From an uncultured virus (IMG/VR IMGVR_UViG_3300020179_002709) (taxonomy: Duplodnaviria > Heunggongvirae > Uroviricota > Caudoviricetes), in IMG/VR virus record IMGVR_UViG_3300020179_002709, positions 1 through 64,000 of that record: DNA of 64,000 bases; one strand, given 5' to 3'. Shown here piece by piece: positions 1 through 13,023 of the stretch (the stretch's first letter is position 1; every line of letters begins with the position of its first letter). Made by a program: the position numbers and the translations under genes. Below the pieces are notes generated by a model. The model was not told the DNA's origin, ran no database searches, and saw only the letters and a program-made list of their open reading frames with translations.

Positions 1-212
1 CACCAAAGTGGATATTGATTACTCCTGAGAACGCCGATAAGGTGTTTGCCGAACTAAAAGAGAAAAAAGTAGACTTAGTTCTTTTTGGTCTCACAGACGA
101 AGGGTATGAAGAGTTAGCAATTAATATGGCCGAGCTTCGTAATTTTATAGCATCTCAAAGAGCCATTATTATTAAATATAAAGACTACTACGAACCAAAA
201 GCCAAAGAGTAA
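1..212 (+). CDS. 5'-truncated putative outer-membrane spanin (Rz1-like)
   Basis: Frame is open from the window edge (PKWILITPEN...). The segment LFGLTDEGYEELAINMAELRNFI...KYKDYYE resembles the C-terminus of T4-like o-spanins; the lipobox would lie upstream of the window. Confidence 0.5.
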   Translation, partial: PKWILITPENADKVFAELKEKKVDLVLFGLTDEGYEELAINMAELRNFIASQRAIIIKYKDYYEPKAKE

Positions 213-215
213 ATA

Positions 216-1463
216 ATGCCTACCTTAATTACAGCTGATAATCTAGCAGCTAATACGATTACATCTGAGAAAATATCGAGTACGGTTGCACTCGGGGGCC
301 CAAAAATAGCTAATGTTCAAATTGCTAACTCCTCTTGGTCAGTACTGGACGATACGGCCGTTGATGTGGGAGGGGGATACCTCTTAATTAATGGTACTGG
401 GTTTGTTACTGGTTGCTCCGTGTTGCTTGATACGACATCAGCATCATCGGTGACGTTTGTCTCATCAACGCAACTTAGAGTAGTTGCGCAAGCCAAGTCT
501 GCAGCAACCTACAACGCATACGTAGTAAATCCGGACGGAGGTACTGCTACAAGAGTAAATGGAATTACATACTCTGCAAGCCCTAGTTGGGTAACTGCTT
601 CTGCTCTTGCTAATGTTGCAACTAAAACAGCTTATTCTTATCAGTTAACAGCAACCGGAGCAGCATCATATTCTCTCCAGGCTGGCTCATCTCTGCCCGC
701 AAACTCTTCTCTTGCTGCCAATGGACTGTTTAGTGGTAATACAGACGTAGCTTCTGATACTTCTTACTCTTTTACGGTTTTAGCAACCGATAATGAATTA
801 CAAGATTCACCAAGAACGTTTAGCTTTACTGTAACAGCAATAGCTGCACCAGACATATATTTGAAAGGTGAGGAAGAACCATTAGTAGATTCTTCTTCAT
901 CGCCGCTATCATTGAGTATTTCTGGGGTTTCGAGATCACAAAATCAAGTCAATACAGGTAGCTACAGTATTTTAATTAACGGAACAAATAAAAATATATC
1001 TTTTGGAGGCACAAATTCTTCCGATTGGGATTTGGGAGTAAACAAAGGCACTAATATTATTTCAGGCGCATTTGAAATGCAAATTTATCCAATGTCGCCA
1101 GCAGCCTCCAGGTGTGCTATTATTGGTAGATACAATGAACCAGGAGAACTGGGATGGACAGTAGATTATAACAATAATGGTGCTTTATTTTTAGCCGTAA
1201 ACGGCTCCGGAAGTCAGTCAGATAATGGATTATTGACTTTGAATCAATGGCAAAAACTAGCGTTGGTTTACGAAAATAATTCTGGTACTTTTCAAGTAAA
1301 AATTTATAAAAATAATTCACTCATAACAACATATAATATGTCCAGCGCAACATCACCTTCTTCTGGATATAGTTTGATGTTAGCTCCTAGATCTGGGTCC
1401 CTAAGTCTAAATGCTTACATTGATGAGTTTAAGTTTTGGAAAGGAAGCAGAGGTCCGTACTAA
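216..1463 (+). CDS. Virion-associated protein: IPT/TIG + Ig-like repeat + C-terminal LamG/concanavalin-like domain
   Basis: GGGYLLINGTGF...YVVNPDGG (TIG-like); LPANSSLAANGLFSG (putative Ig); WQKLALVY...YIDEFKFWKG (LamG-like). Confidence 0.7.
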   Translation: MPTLITADNLAANTITSEKISSTVALGGPKIANVQIANSSWSVLDDTAVDVGGGYLLINGTGFVTGCSVLLDTTSASSVTFVSSTQLRVVAQAKSAATYNAYVVNPDGGTATRVNGITYSASPSWVTASALANVATKTAYSYQLTATGAASYSLQAGSSLPANSSLAANGLFSGNTDVASDTSYSFTVLATDNELQDSPRTFSFTVTAIAAPDIYLKGEEEPLVDSSSSPLSLSISGVSRSQNQVNTGSYSILINGTNKNISFGGTNSSDWDLGVNKGTNIISGAFEMQIYPMSPAASRCAIIGRYNEPGELGWTVDYNNNGALFLAVNGSGSQSDNGLLTLNQWQKLALVYENNSGTFQVKIYKNNSLITTYNMSSATSPSSGYSLMLAPRSGSLSLNAYIDEFKFWKGSRGPY

Positions 1464-1492
1464 TGAAAAAACTATTACGTTCTAACAACAAA

Positions 1493-1500
1493 TATAAATA
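1493..1500 (+). promoter_or_regulatory. T4-type late promoter TATAAATA
   Basis: Exact gp55 consensus 35 nt upstream of the collagen fibre ATG (1535). Confidence 0.75.
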
Positions 1501-1534
1501 TTAAAAGTATTAACACCTAACCTAAAAGAAAAAA

Positions 1535-4198
<2,664 letters not shown>

Positions 4199-4230
4199 GT
4201 AATAATACATTTATTAAAGGAATAAAAAAA

Positions 4231-4512
4231 ATGCTAAAAGCAAACGCTGAAAAGTTCTTTTTCCAGGATATGGGATGGGGACACAATCCTCCTACTCAAG
4301 CTTACGTTTATTCGTATACTGGCAACGTGCCCGCAAACACCTCATCTATTGCAGTTGCAACGGAAGAGCTTTTAATGGTGGTAAATGGTGACTTTAACAA
4401 GTCCCATTGTGTTATTATTGATAGTGAATCAAATAATACAGTACTTTTTTTAAAAGAAGAAATTTCCTCGAATAATTTTTCGTTTTTATACGAAATTAAT
4501 TCTGCAGAATAA
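4231..4512 (+). CDS. Hypothetical protein
   Basis: 93 aa ORF with AAAGGA SD upstream, in the fibre operon. Confidence 0.6.
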   Translation: MLKANAEKFFFQDMGWGHNPPTQAYVYSYTGNVPANTSSIAVATEELLMVVNGDFNKSHCVIIDSESNNTVLFLKEEISSNNFSFLYEINSAE

Positions 4513-4525
4513 CCGGAGACCTTAA

Positions 4526-5416
4526 ATGTTTGTAAAATACGTTTCCCATCCTAACGCAACACTAACTACTATAAAGAGCGATATTGTTTCTATATTGTCT
4601 GGAAGTATTGCAACAGCAAATGACTTCGGGGTCAATTGTAATAAAACCTCTACTCTGGTATACGGTTCCTTCCCTTCTAATACATATGCCGTGGTTAACT
4701 CTTCAGCGATGGCGTTCTCTAAAAACCATAATGACTACACCGGCAAGACCTATTATTTTAGAATAAATTTTTCCGGTAATAATTGGACGTCAATTACAGC
4801 GTCAGGAAATTATACTGCAGCGAACGATACATTTGCTAATACTGACCATACGAGGTCGTTTCCAAATACTGGTACTTCTTCCTCGCCAATGGCACCTCAA
4901 TCCGCAACAGCAGGGATAACGTTTTACATTATAGCAGGCGCCGAAACATTCCATATGGATACACCTACCTATTCGGGCAACGCTGCAAAATCAGTAACGC
5001 TGTGTGATATTAGTCACACCGGGCTTACAAGAGAATTCACAGACTCAGTTCTAATGGCTGGCTTTGATCAAATCTCTAACGTGTTTAGTAATGCTAATTC
5101 TGCTTTTGGAGTAGCGCTACCAGCAGCAAACGGAGCTTACTTTACCCAATCATCAAACGGTGCTAATTTAACATTAATTAGTACGGCTTTACCATCCACA
5201 CCTATGGTAGCAGCAAACGGGTCTCAAATTACTATTGAAAATCCTGTGTTTGTATATCACGAACTTGGTGGAAATACTAATCATTACGTATATGGTGTAA
5301 GTAGAACTTCTACGCGCACAATAGAAGCTTATAGAACATATACAGATAAAGATAGTAAAATAAAAGTAATATTACCAGCAAATAACTCATTCAGTTTAGC
5401 TTTAAACGCAGATTAA
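4526..5416 (+). CDS. Hypothetical Ser/Thr/Asn-rich virion-associated protein
   Basis: 296 aa, GGAGA SD, composition typical of beta-rich fibre accessory proteins. Confidence 0.6.
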   Translation: MFVKYVSHPNATLTTIKSDIVSILSGSIATANDFGVNCNKTSTLVYGSFPSNTYAVVNSSAMAFSKNHNDYTGKTYYFRINFSGNNWTSITASGNYTAANDTFANTDHTRSFPNTGTSSSPMAPQSATAGITFYIIAGAETFHMDTPTYSGNAAKSVTLCDISHTGLTREFTDSVLMAGFDQISNVFSNANSAFGVALPAANGAYFTQSSNGANLTLISTALPSTPMVAANGSQITIENPVFVYHELGGNTNHYVYGVSRTSTRTIEAYRTYTDKDSKIKVILPANNSFSLALNAD

Positions 5417-5431
5417 CGGAGAAATATAAAC

Positions 5432-6853
5432 ATGTTTGCAACCATCGACGCAGGACTTGGCTCAAATACGGACTACCGTAACTATGCTATTAATTTTATG
5501 CGAGCAGTTAGAACAATTGCTACTGCTAATGCCGGAACAACCCCAACATGTAACGTTATATCTGGTCCTTCCGGAACAATGGAATCCAATCAGATGATTA
5601 CTGTGATTTCAAATACATCAGCCGGAGGCTGGACTGTTGATGAATCCAACACCTCATATAATCTGATTGGAAACACTTACAATTCTTCCGGGGCTTCCGG
5701 TAGCTACCCCTACTCTTTAAATTTATACACTGATACTGGAAAAAATCAATATCCGTATCATATGTTTACAATTAGAACTAACCCCTCTTATTCTTTTGGT
5801 TCATCGTTTAACTCCTACCCTCACCTGGCTTTTTACACCGGTGTAAGTAATACTGCGGTATGGGGGTCTGGATCTTACGGTGGTAACTATAGTTCAGGCA
5901 TAGGTACAACAAGCAGCTTATTAACTGATGTTAATAATTCTTGGTCTAATCCTTCTTATCAAAGCAATCCTGCTTATCATACTTGTTTTAATGTGTCTCA
6001 TATGACATGGGGTGGCAGCTATACAAACTCAATTGGTGAGAACGCTAATTTATTTTATGTTGCAGCGACAAGCGATTATATTATTATTTTAAACCGTGGA
6101 TGCGGTATGGTGTATTCCGGAAAAAGAACTACTCAAGGATGGGAAGATAGTTATGATGATAATCCTCCTGTAGTTGGATTTCAATTCAATCGCTGGATGT
6201 ACCCTCAAAGTATTTTTGGCTGGCAAAGAGTAATGACCGTAAACGGTGGAACACCTTCAGCAGCTAACATATCTTTTCATAAGTACGTTGGATGGGACAG
6301 CGTACACGCTACTAGCTGGTCCAACAACTCATATAACGCAGTGGACCCTATCTCTGGCAGCCCAATTTATTATGGATATGCAAATCAAATTGCTCCAATG
6401 TATACTTCACCTACTGCAGTAAGAATTAAATATCCTAATATTACGGCACCTGCTGGTTCAGGATTATATAATTCTCCAAACATGCTGTTTCATTCTATTA
6501 ATCATAGTGTTGGATACTATAGTTATAATATATACGGCTCTTATCCAAGCACGTACCGCGCGGTACATTATGCTCCAGCGGTAGATACATCTTCAGGCGC
6601 CTTAACACCACCTGCAGTACCTATTGTATATTCTATTTACGGGATGAGCTTTAACCCTGGAGGACGACTTAAAGGTATTTACAAGTCCTTATCTGGTCCC
6701 ACATCGTATTGTTCTTCAGTAGCAACAAATAGACAGCAGGTAACAGTAAACGAAAGTGGAACTAATACCACATATATGAATATTAATATGTTTATAGGTG
6801 TTAGTCAGTACGGTAACACCTACACTGATAGTTTCTTAATTAAGGTTGCGTAA
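5432..6853 (+). CDS. Hypothetical Tyr/Ser/Asn-rich virion-associated protein
   Basis: 473 aa, GGAGA SD; stop overlaps the next ATG (TAATG). Confidence 0.6.
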   Translation: MFATIDAGLGSNTDYRNYAINFMRAVRTIATANAGTTPTCNVISGPSGTMESNQMITVISNTSAGGWTVDESNTSYNLIGNTYNSSGASGSYPYSLNLYTDTGKNQYPYHMFTIRTNPSYSFGSSFNSYPHLAFYTGVSNTAVWGSGSYGGNYSSGIGTTSSLLTDVNNSWSNPSYQSNPAYHTCFNVSHMTWGGSYTNSIGENANLFYVAATSDYIIILNRGCGMVYSGKRTTQGWEDSYDDNPPVVGFQFNRWMYPQSIFGWQRVMTVNGGTPSAANISFHKYVGWDSVHATSWSNNSYNAVDPISGSPIYYGYANQIAPMYTSPTAVRIKYPNITAPAGSGLYNSPNMLFHSINHSVGYYSYNIYGSYPSTYRAVHYAPAVDTSSGALTPPAVPIVYSIYGMSFNPGGRLKGIYKSLSGPTSYCSSVATNRQQVTVNESGTNTTYMNINMFIGVSQYGNTYTDSFLIKVA

Positions 6854-7350
6854 TGCCCATAAATGTAGGGGATTTTGACGGTGCTGACCCACACTTAGAT
6901 AGTTTTCAGGTCTATGCTGTTGGTGGGGGAGGTATTGCCTTGTCTGGTAATACCTTCAAGCTAAGTCTAGATCCGGACTTTACCTACGCTGCCTTAATAG
7001 CCGCCGGTGGTGGTGGCGCACTTGAGTTATCTGATCAAGATGCACCGGAAAATGCCTCCTACTTAACTTACGTACCAGGCGGAGGACAGATAGGGTTATC
7101 AGCCAATACATTTAGACCGTCTCTTGACCCTGATCATACATATGCAAGTGTTATTGTTGCTGGCGGGGGCGGGGCCCTAACACTATCAGATCAAGACGCC
7201 CCAGAAAATGCCTCTTATATTACGTATGTGGCAGCCGGAGGACTAATAGGGTTAACGCATGCACCGTTCCATGCATTATTAGATAGTGAGTTTCCATCTA
7301 CTGGAGGGGGCGGAAATACTGGCACCTCACAAATATGGTCTTTAGGTTAG
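6853..7350 (+). CDS. Hypothetical Gly-rich protein with 52-aa tandem repeat
   Basis: LSxNTFxxSLDPDxTYA...GGGGALxLSDQDAPENASYxTYV occurs twice. Confidence 0.6.
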   Translation: MPINVGDFDGADPHLDSFQVYAVGGGGIALSGNTFKLSLDPDFTYAALIAAGGGGALELSDQDAPENASYLTYVPGGGQIGLSANTFRPSLDPDHTYASVIVAGGGGALTLSDQDAPENASYITYVAAGGLIGLTHAPFHALLDSEFPSTGGGGNTGTSQIWSLG

Positions 7351-7351
7351 T

Positions 7352-7771
7352 ATGAAAAAACTTTTATTGATTCCAGTTGTTTTATTACTAACCGGGTGTG
7401 CTCCATTACTAACTAAGTTATATGAGTCTTATTTTCTCGCACCATATGATAATGTTGAGTATGCATTAGTAAATAAAATTAGAACAATGGCATATTTGGC
7501 CGAACCAAATTGCACCAACAAAAAACAAATACAATCTGATTTAGAAGGAATGTATTTTATATCGGTTGAAGCTAAAAACTTTAGCCAACATTTACCTGAT
7601 AATAAAGATTCAACAAAGCTTACTGCAGACCTGAGCACACTTGTAAAAGGTGCATTTGATCATTATGAAAAGAATGAAAAGGTTGGTGAGGCTTACTGTA
7701 AAGCTAAAATGAAACAAATATATTCAAATGCTGAAACAATACAAAAAGTAATAGGGGCTAAACCAAGATGA
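7352..7771 (+). CDS. Putative lipoprotein
   Basis: Signal peptide MKKLLLIPVVLLLTGC with lipobox LTGC. Confidence 0.65.
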   Translation: MKKLLLIPVVLLLTGCAPLLTKLYESYFLAPYDNVEYALVNKIRTMAYLAEPNCTNKKQIQSDLEGMYFISVEAKNFSQHLPDNKDSTKLTADLSTLVKGAFDHYEKNEKVGEAYCKAKMKQIYSNAETIQKVIGAKPR

Positions 7772-7971
7772 CATTAAATGAAATTAAAGCCTACTTAACA
7801 GAGTATGCTAAAGATTATGACGAGGGTAGACTGTCGTCGGAAGAGTATAAAGAACTTCTGGCCGGTCTTGATCTATCTACTGCAATTACAATGAACGCAG
7901 AAGAGCTTCAAGAAAAAGAGCAATTAAATACCTATATTAATGCTACCATAAACGTTCTATCGGCGGTCTAA
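7768..7971 (+). CDS. Hypothetical protein
   Basis: 67 aa, ATGA-coupled to the upstream lipoprotein gene. Confidence 0.55.
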   Translation: MTLNEIKAYLTEYAKDYDEGRLSSEEYKELLAGLDLSTAITMNAEELQEKEQLNTYINATINVLSAV

Positions 7972-9498
7972 ATGGCATTAACTACTATCCCTATTTCAGG
8001 TCTAGAATCAAACGTTGTCCAGCAAATTCAGTCTGGTGGCGGGATACCTAGAATTATTTCTATTTCTTATCCAGGGGATGATACAGCGGCCTTGCCAGCC
8101 GGTGGTCAAACTATTACCATAAATGGGTCTAATTTTTTATTGACAAGTGCTGTGTATGTTGATGGTGCCCAGGTTGGAGTAGTATCATATGTTAATGCTA
8201 ATACTCTGACATTTGTTACACCAGCTAAAGTAGCATCTAATTATTCGTTATACGTTGTAAACCCTGACGGCGCTACAGCCATTGCTGTTCCGGGAGTTTC
8301 TTTTTCTAATGCGCCTGTCTGGTCAACATCATCAGGTTCTATTGGTACTCCATATGAAACTACAGCTTTCAGTATAAACCTTTCTGCTACAGGTGACGGT
8401 TCTGTTTCTTATGCAATGGCAGCTGGAAATACTTTACCGACCGGACTAACGCTTGCAGCAAATGGATTGTTAAGCGGCACTATACCTGCAACAGACCCTT
8501 CTACAACATATACATTTTACGTTGATGCTGTTGACGATCAAAATCAAGAAACATCAAGATCGTTTAGTGTCACATATACAAAAGATGAGGTGATATGGTC
8601 GTCCCCAGCAAACGGTGCTGCTTATGCCTGGGATATGTCAGTGGCTAATAACTTCACACTCACAGCTAACAGCGCTGCTGGTAAATCTATAACTTATACA
8701 GTACAATCTGGATCTCTTCCAGCAAACGTTTCTATCTCGAACAACAGCGTTACAGGCACACCAAATTCTGTTCAGGCCAACACTTCGGTCGTAATAAGAG
8801 CTACAGCTAACGGAACTAATCGCTTTGCGGATAGAACTCTTTATTTTGCAATCATCGATCCAGCACCTTCTACTATAGGTCAATTTTATCAAGGTGGTTA
8901 CTATGCCGGGCAAATTTATTATGAAGATACGGGTGTTCAGTATTACCTATTAGTAGCACCAAAAGCATCTGGTGAATCACAGCAAGTTTTAGGTCCGATG
9001 AATAATACAGTCCCTATCGGACAATCTCGAGTAGCTGGCCCATTATATTACGATGGGTATAACGCTACTCATAATAATAACAACAGCACGTGGCCGGCTT
9101 TTCAGTGGGCTAGAAGTCTCAATATAAACGGATATACTGATTGGTATATACCATCTATTATGGAATTTGATATTATTGCCTACCATCTTAGCCCTGGGAG
9201 ATCGTCGTCCTACGGAGATTGGTTTGTGCCGTCTTATGCAGGATACGGGGTATCTAATCGAAACCCCTATGCAAGAGTTCCATCTGCAGCAACGTTAAAT
9301 AGTAGTAGTTATTACGATACAACTTCTGTAGCAGCATTTCAAACTTCCGGGGCTCAAAAATTTGAGAGTAGTCAGTACTGGTCAACTACAAAGGAAGATT
9401 CGGTAGCATATGCCATTAGCTTTCCGCTTGGCAGATTAAATGGGGTTTTTGCTAATAACTCCCTCTACACACGCGCCATAAGAAGGGTGGCTGTTTAA
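7972..9498 (+). CDS. Virion-associated protein: IPT/TIG + Ig-like repeats + C-terminal DUF1566/Lcl-like (C-type lectin fold) domain
   Basis: IGQFYQGGYYAG, NGYTDWYIPS..E, YWSTT and terminal RAIRR motifs are typical of DUF1566-like domains. Confidence 0.7.
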   Translation: MALTTIPISGLESNVVQQIQSGGGIPRIISISYPGDDTAALPAGGQTITINGSNFLLTSAVYVDGAQVGVVSYVNANTLTFVTPAKVASNYSLYVVNPDGATAIAVPGVSFSNAPVWSTSSGSIGTPYETTAFSINLSATGDGSVSYAMAAGNTLPTGLTLAANGLLSGTIPATDPSTTYTFYVDAVDDQNQETSRSFSVTYTKDEVIWSSPANGAAYAWDMSVANNFTLTANSAAGKSITYTVQSGSLPANVSISNNSVTGTPNSVQANTSVVIRATANGTNRFADRTLYFAIIDPAPSTIGQFYQGGYYAGQIYYEDTGVQYYLLVAPKASGESQQVLGPMNNTVPIGQSRVAGPLYYDGYNATHNNNNSTWPAFQWARSLNINGYTDWYIPSIMEFDIIAYHLSPGRSSSYGDWFVPSYAGYGVSNRNPYARVPSAATLNSSSYYDTTSVAAFQTSGAQKFESSQYWSTTKEDSVAYAISFPLGRLNGVFANNSLYTRAIRRVAV

Positions 9499-9507
9499 AA
9501 AAATTAT

Positions 9508-9759
9508 ATGCACGATATTGAAATGTTCGATAAAACTTCTTCGAGGATAGCCGTGTTAGAAAACGAGGTTAAGAATATTGCTTCTGACGTTAAAGAAATG
9601 CGCCAGGAGCAAAAAGAGCAGCATGAAATATTACTAAAAAAATTCTCCACAATGGATAATAGACTGTCTATTGTTGAAAAATGGAGGTGGATGCTTTTAG
9701 GAGCCGCAGCCGTGGCTGGATATATAATTGCACACATTAGAATAGAAAGGCTGTTTTAA
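9508..9759 (+). CDS. Putative holin-like (XhlA-type) coiled-coil plus single TM protein
   Basis: RIAVLENEVK coiled coil followed by EKWRWMLLGAAAVAGYII. Confidence 0.5.
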   Translation: MHDIEMFDKTSSRIAVLENEVKNIASDVKEMRQEQKEQHEILLKKFSTMDNRLSIVEKWRWMLLGAAAVAGYIIAHIRIERLF

Positions 9760-11957
9760 TGCCATCACCATTAACCACTATTCCAGCTACCGGGCTTGAG
9801 GCTAATCTTGTAAGTACAATTACCCAGGGTGTTGGTCCAAAGATTACAACCATAACATATGCCGGTGATGATACAGCTGCACTACCGGCTGGTGGTCAAA
9901 CTATAACTATAAACGGTTCAGGATTTAAAAATACAAGTACTGTTTATATTGATGGTGCTGTTGTTGGAGTAGTTTCTTTTATTGATGCAAACACATTAAC
10001 GTTTGTAGCACCAGCGAAAGCAGCATCTAATTATTCACTGTATGTTGTTAATGTCGATGGTGCAACAGCAATCTCTGTCCCCGGCATCACTTATTCTAAT
10101 GCTCCTGTCTGGTCTACTTCTTCTGGTTCTGTTGGATCCCCGTACGAAGCAAATACATTTAACGTAAGCCTTTCGGCTACTGGTGATGGCTCTGTTACGT
10201 ATGCGATGGCCGCTGGTAACTCGCTGCCCTCCGGGCTTACCCTTGCATCTAATGGATATATTTCAGGTACAGTGCCTGCTACAGATCCTACTACTACGTA
10301 TACATTTTATGTAGATGCGATAGATTCACAAAATCAAGAGACTACAAGATCATTTAGTATCACTTATAATAAGGACGCAGTTACTTGGTCATCACCAGCA
10401 AACGGTACTGCTTATTCTCTTTTTACTGGCACAGCTAATACAATCTCTCTTTCTGCAACCAGTGCATCAGGTAGAGGAATAACCTACTCAGTTCAATCAG
10501 GCTCTCTTCCAGCTAACTTAAGCATTTCGGGCAGTTCTATTACGGGAACGCCTAATACTGCTCAGGTTAATACTTCCGTTACGATTAGAGCTACAGTGGC
10601 TGCCGCTAGCAGGGTGGCCGATCTCGTACTTTATTTTCTTACACAAGCTGATCCACAGCGTTTCTCTAATTTTAATATTAGTGATAGTAATGCTCAGATT
10701 CAAGCCGGTGAGTTTGAAGTAGACTCAGGAGTTAATTTCTGCTATGGTGCTCTGCGTTACGGTTCAAACCGCTCATTAGCTATTTTTAAATATAATTTAG
10801 ATACACAATCAGTGGTTTGGGCAAAAGATATAAATGTATCTGGATTGCTTTCTTATTATACTGGGAGTATGAGTATAGGTAATGGAAAGTTGTTTATTCC
10901 AATAGGTGTTGATTCCCCTGAATATAACATTATAATGTTAGCTCTTTTGACAAGTGATGGTAATATAGTGTGGAAAAAATTGTATGATTCAGAGGATTAT
11001 AGTGTCTCAGGATCCACAGATGCTCCTTCATCCTATCAAAAATCTGTTATTTTTAATTCAAATTCTAATACAGTTTGGTTTGCTCAAAATGGCGGTAATG
11101 ATGCAGGCTGGTTGGTTTTAAACGAGTCAACGGGTAGTCTGGCGTCCCCACAATATGCCTTTTACAGTACTTTTTCAGGAGGAACAAATGCTGATATTTA
11201 TGGGGGATTTATATCCGGAAACACTATAACAAGCTACCATAACCCTAACGCCGGTGATCCTGCTTACGTAATAGCAAACACCAGTTGGGCGACGTCTCCA
11301 ACAGCAAGAAGATTAACATATAGTGGATCACTTTATCACGAATCTGCATTTCTTAATAATAATGGCGATTTTGTCGGAGTAGTTATAAAATATTCAAACG
11401 GTCCTATATTAAATTCTGCTAGTCAAAAAGAGTACTGTATTACCACTCCTACAGGTAGTAATACATTCTGGTTTACCCCTGCAGTTGCTAATGGTAAAAG
11501 TTATAGCTTTGTACGGCGAGTAGTGGATTATGATGGTAGTTATTATGTATTTGGATCCCATGATTTTGGAGGATCGGCCGAATACAAAAATTCACCTTTT
11601 TTAATAAAATTTACTAATAAAACCGTAAGTTGGGCTGTAAGATTCAGACAGGATAATAATATTCCAGAAATATATCCTACAGTAGCAGCTGCTACTGTAT
11701 CAGGTAACAAATGCTATTTTTCTTTCTATCAAAATATCTTTACCTACCCCACAGCAGGGGGCATAACCGGTACTTTAACTGCAGGAGGAATAACTTATAC
11801 AATAGAAAATATAACAATCAGTACATCTAATGCTGAAGTTACATCTAGCTCTATTGGTGCCGGGCTCTATACAGATTCAGGTGGTAAGACTTTTAGTGAT
11901 GCGTCTGGGCTTTCCATATCCAATAAAAACATAACACTTACTTCTAACACATATTAG
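9759..11957 (+). CDS. Virion-associated protein: IPT/TIG + Ig-like repeats + beta-propeller-like C-terminus
   Basis: N-terminus is paralogous to the 7972 gene; the C-terminus has repeated xxVW(A/K)K and SWAV blade-like motifs. Confidence 0.65.
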   Translation: MPSPLTTIPATGLEANLVSTITQGVGPKITTITYAGDDTAALPAGGQTITINGSGFKNTSTVYIDGAVVGVVSFIDANTLTFVAPAKAASNYSLYVVNVDGATAISVPGITYSNAPVWSTSSGSVGSPYEANTFNVSLSATGDGSVTYAMAAGNSLPSGLTLASNGYISGTVPATDPTTTYTFYVDAIDSQNQETTRSFSITYNKDAVTWSSPANGTAYSLFTGTANTISLSATSASGRGITYSVQSGSLPANLSISGSSITGTPNTAQVNTSVTIRATVAAASRVADLVLYFLTQADPQRFSNFNISDSNAQIQAGEFEVDSGVNFCYGALRYGSNRSLAIFKYNLDTQSVVWAKDINVSGLLSYYTGSMSIGNGKLFIPIGVDSPEYNIIMLALLTSDGNIVWKKLYDSEDYSVSGSTDAPSSYQKSVIFNSNSNTVWFAQNGGNDAGWLVLNESTGSLASPQYAFYSTFSGGTNADIYGGFISGNTITSYHNPNAGDPAYVIANTSWATSPTARRLTYSGSLYHESAFLNNNGDFVGVVIKYSNGPILNSASQKEYCITTPTGSNTFWFTPAVANGKSYSFVRRVVDYDGSYYVFGSHDFGGSAEYKNSPFLIKFTNKTVSWAVRFRQDNNIPEIYPTVAAATVSGNKCYFSFYQNIFTYPTAGGITGTLTAGGITYTIENITISTSNAEVTSSSIGAGLYTDSGGKTFSDASGLSISNKNITLTSNTY

Positions 11958-11986
11958 TTGCCTTTAGCTGTACTTTTTTATATAAT
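11958..11986 (+). promoter_or_regulatory. Sigma70-type early promoter
   Basis: TTGCCT-N17-TATAAT upstream of the primase gene. Confidence 0.75.
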
Positions 11987-12026
11987 CACTCTGTGGTACG
12001 GTTAAACTAGATCATTACTATACATA

Positions 12027-13016
12027 ATGTTATTCATTGAACACAAATATATTTCTTTGCTGTCAAACCGTTTACAGCGGTTTACCAAGCTGAACGAAAA
12101 GTCCTATAACTTCCGGTGTCCTATATGTGGTGATTCTCAAAAGAACACATATAAAGCCCGGGGGTATCTCTATCAGAAGAAAGACAAGTTTTTATTCTTC
12201 TGTCACAATTGCGGTGCATCGATGTTGTTTGGAAACTTTCTAAAACAGATCGATCCTAATCTTCATAACGAATACGTTCAAGAACAGTTTCTTAACAAGG
12301 AACGACCAGCTAATACCGAACCAGATATTACTAAGATACATCATCCTAAGTTTCGTATTGATTCTCCTCTTAAGTTTCTTAAGAAGGTTAGTCAGTTAAC
12401 ACCGGACCACCCGGTTAAACAGTACGTAATGAAGCGGAGAATTCCTCCGATCTACCATCATAAACTATGCTATGCACCGAAGTTCAAACAGTGGATTAAT
12501 AGTGTTCTGCCTGGAAAATTCAATGGAGACGCTGTTGACGAACCACGTCTGGTGATACCATTCATTGACAAAGAGAGTAACTGTTTTGGCATTCAGGGTC
12601 GGGCGTTTAACCCTAATTCTATTCGCTATATCACCATAATGTTTGATGAAGATAAACCTAAAGTGTTCGGATTAGATACGGTTGATTTTAGTCAGGAAGT
12701 ATTTGTGCTAGAAGGACCGATCGACTCAATGTTTATACCTAACGCCATTGCTATGGCCGGCGCCGATCTTACATTACAAACTAATTCTAAACTGACATTT
12801 ATTTTTGATAACGAACCTCGTAATAAACAAATTGTGTCTCGAATGGAGAAAGCAATTAATAAAGGCTATAATATTGTCATATGGCCAGATGATGTAATGG
12901 CTAAAGACATAAATGATATGGTTCTGATTGGACTTGATCCAATGAAAATAATTAATAAAAATATTTTTTCTGGATTGGGTGCTAGAGCCCGTCTCTCACA
13001 GTGGAGTAAAGCATAG
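12027..13016 (+). CDS. gp61: DNA primase (T4 gp61-like)
   Basis: Zn finger FRCPICGDSQK...CHNCG; TOPRIM motifs EGPIDS, DNEPRN, KDINDM. Confidence 0.95.
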   Translation: MLFIEHKYISLLSNRLQRFTKLNEKSYNFRCPICGDSQKNTYKARGYLYQKKDKFLFFCHNCGASMLFGNFLKQIDPNLHNEYVQEQFLNKERPANTEPDITKIHHPKFRIDSPLKFLKKVSQLTPDHPVKQYVMKRRIPPIYHHKLCYAPKFKQWINSVLPGKFNGDAVDEPRLVIPFIDKESNCFGIQGRAFNPNSIRYITIMFDEDKPKVFGLDTVDFSQEVFVLEGPIDSMFIPNAIAMAGADLTLQTNSKLTFIFDNEPRNKQIVSRMEKAINKGYNIVIWPDDVMAKDINDMVLIGLDPMKIINKNIFSGLGARARLSQWSKA

Positions 13017-13023
13017 ATATATT

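Larger units (their letters stand above)
7972..10640 (+). repeat. Paralogous N-terminal module shared by 7972-8850 and 9759-10640
   Basis: About 295 aa align collinearly with many identical blocks (GDDTAALPAGGQTITINGS, SNAPVWSTSSGS, LSATGDGSV, QSGSLPAN). Confidence 0.9.
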
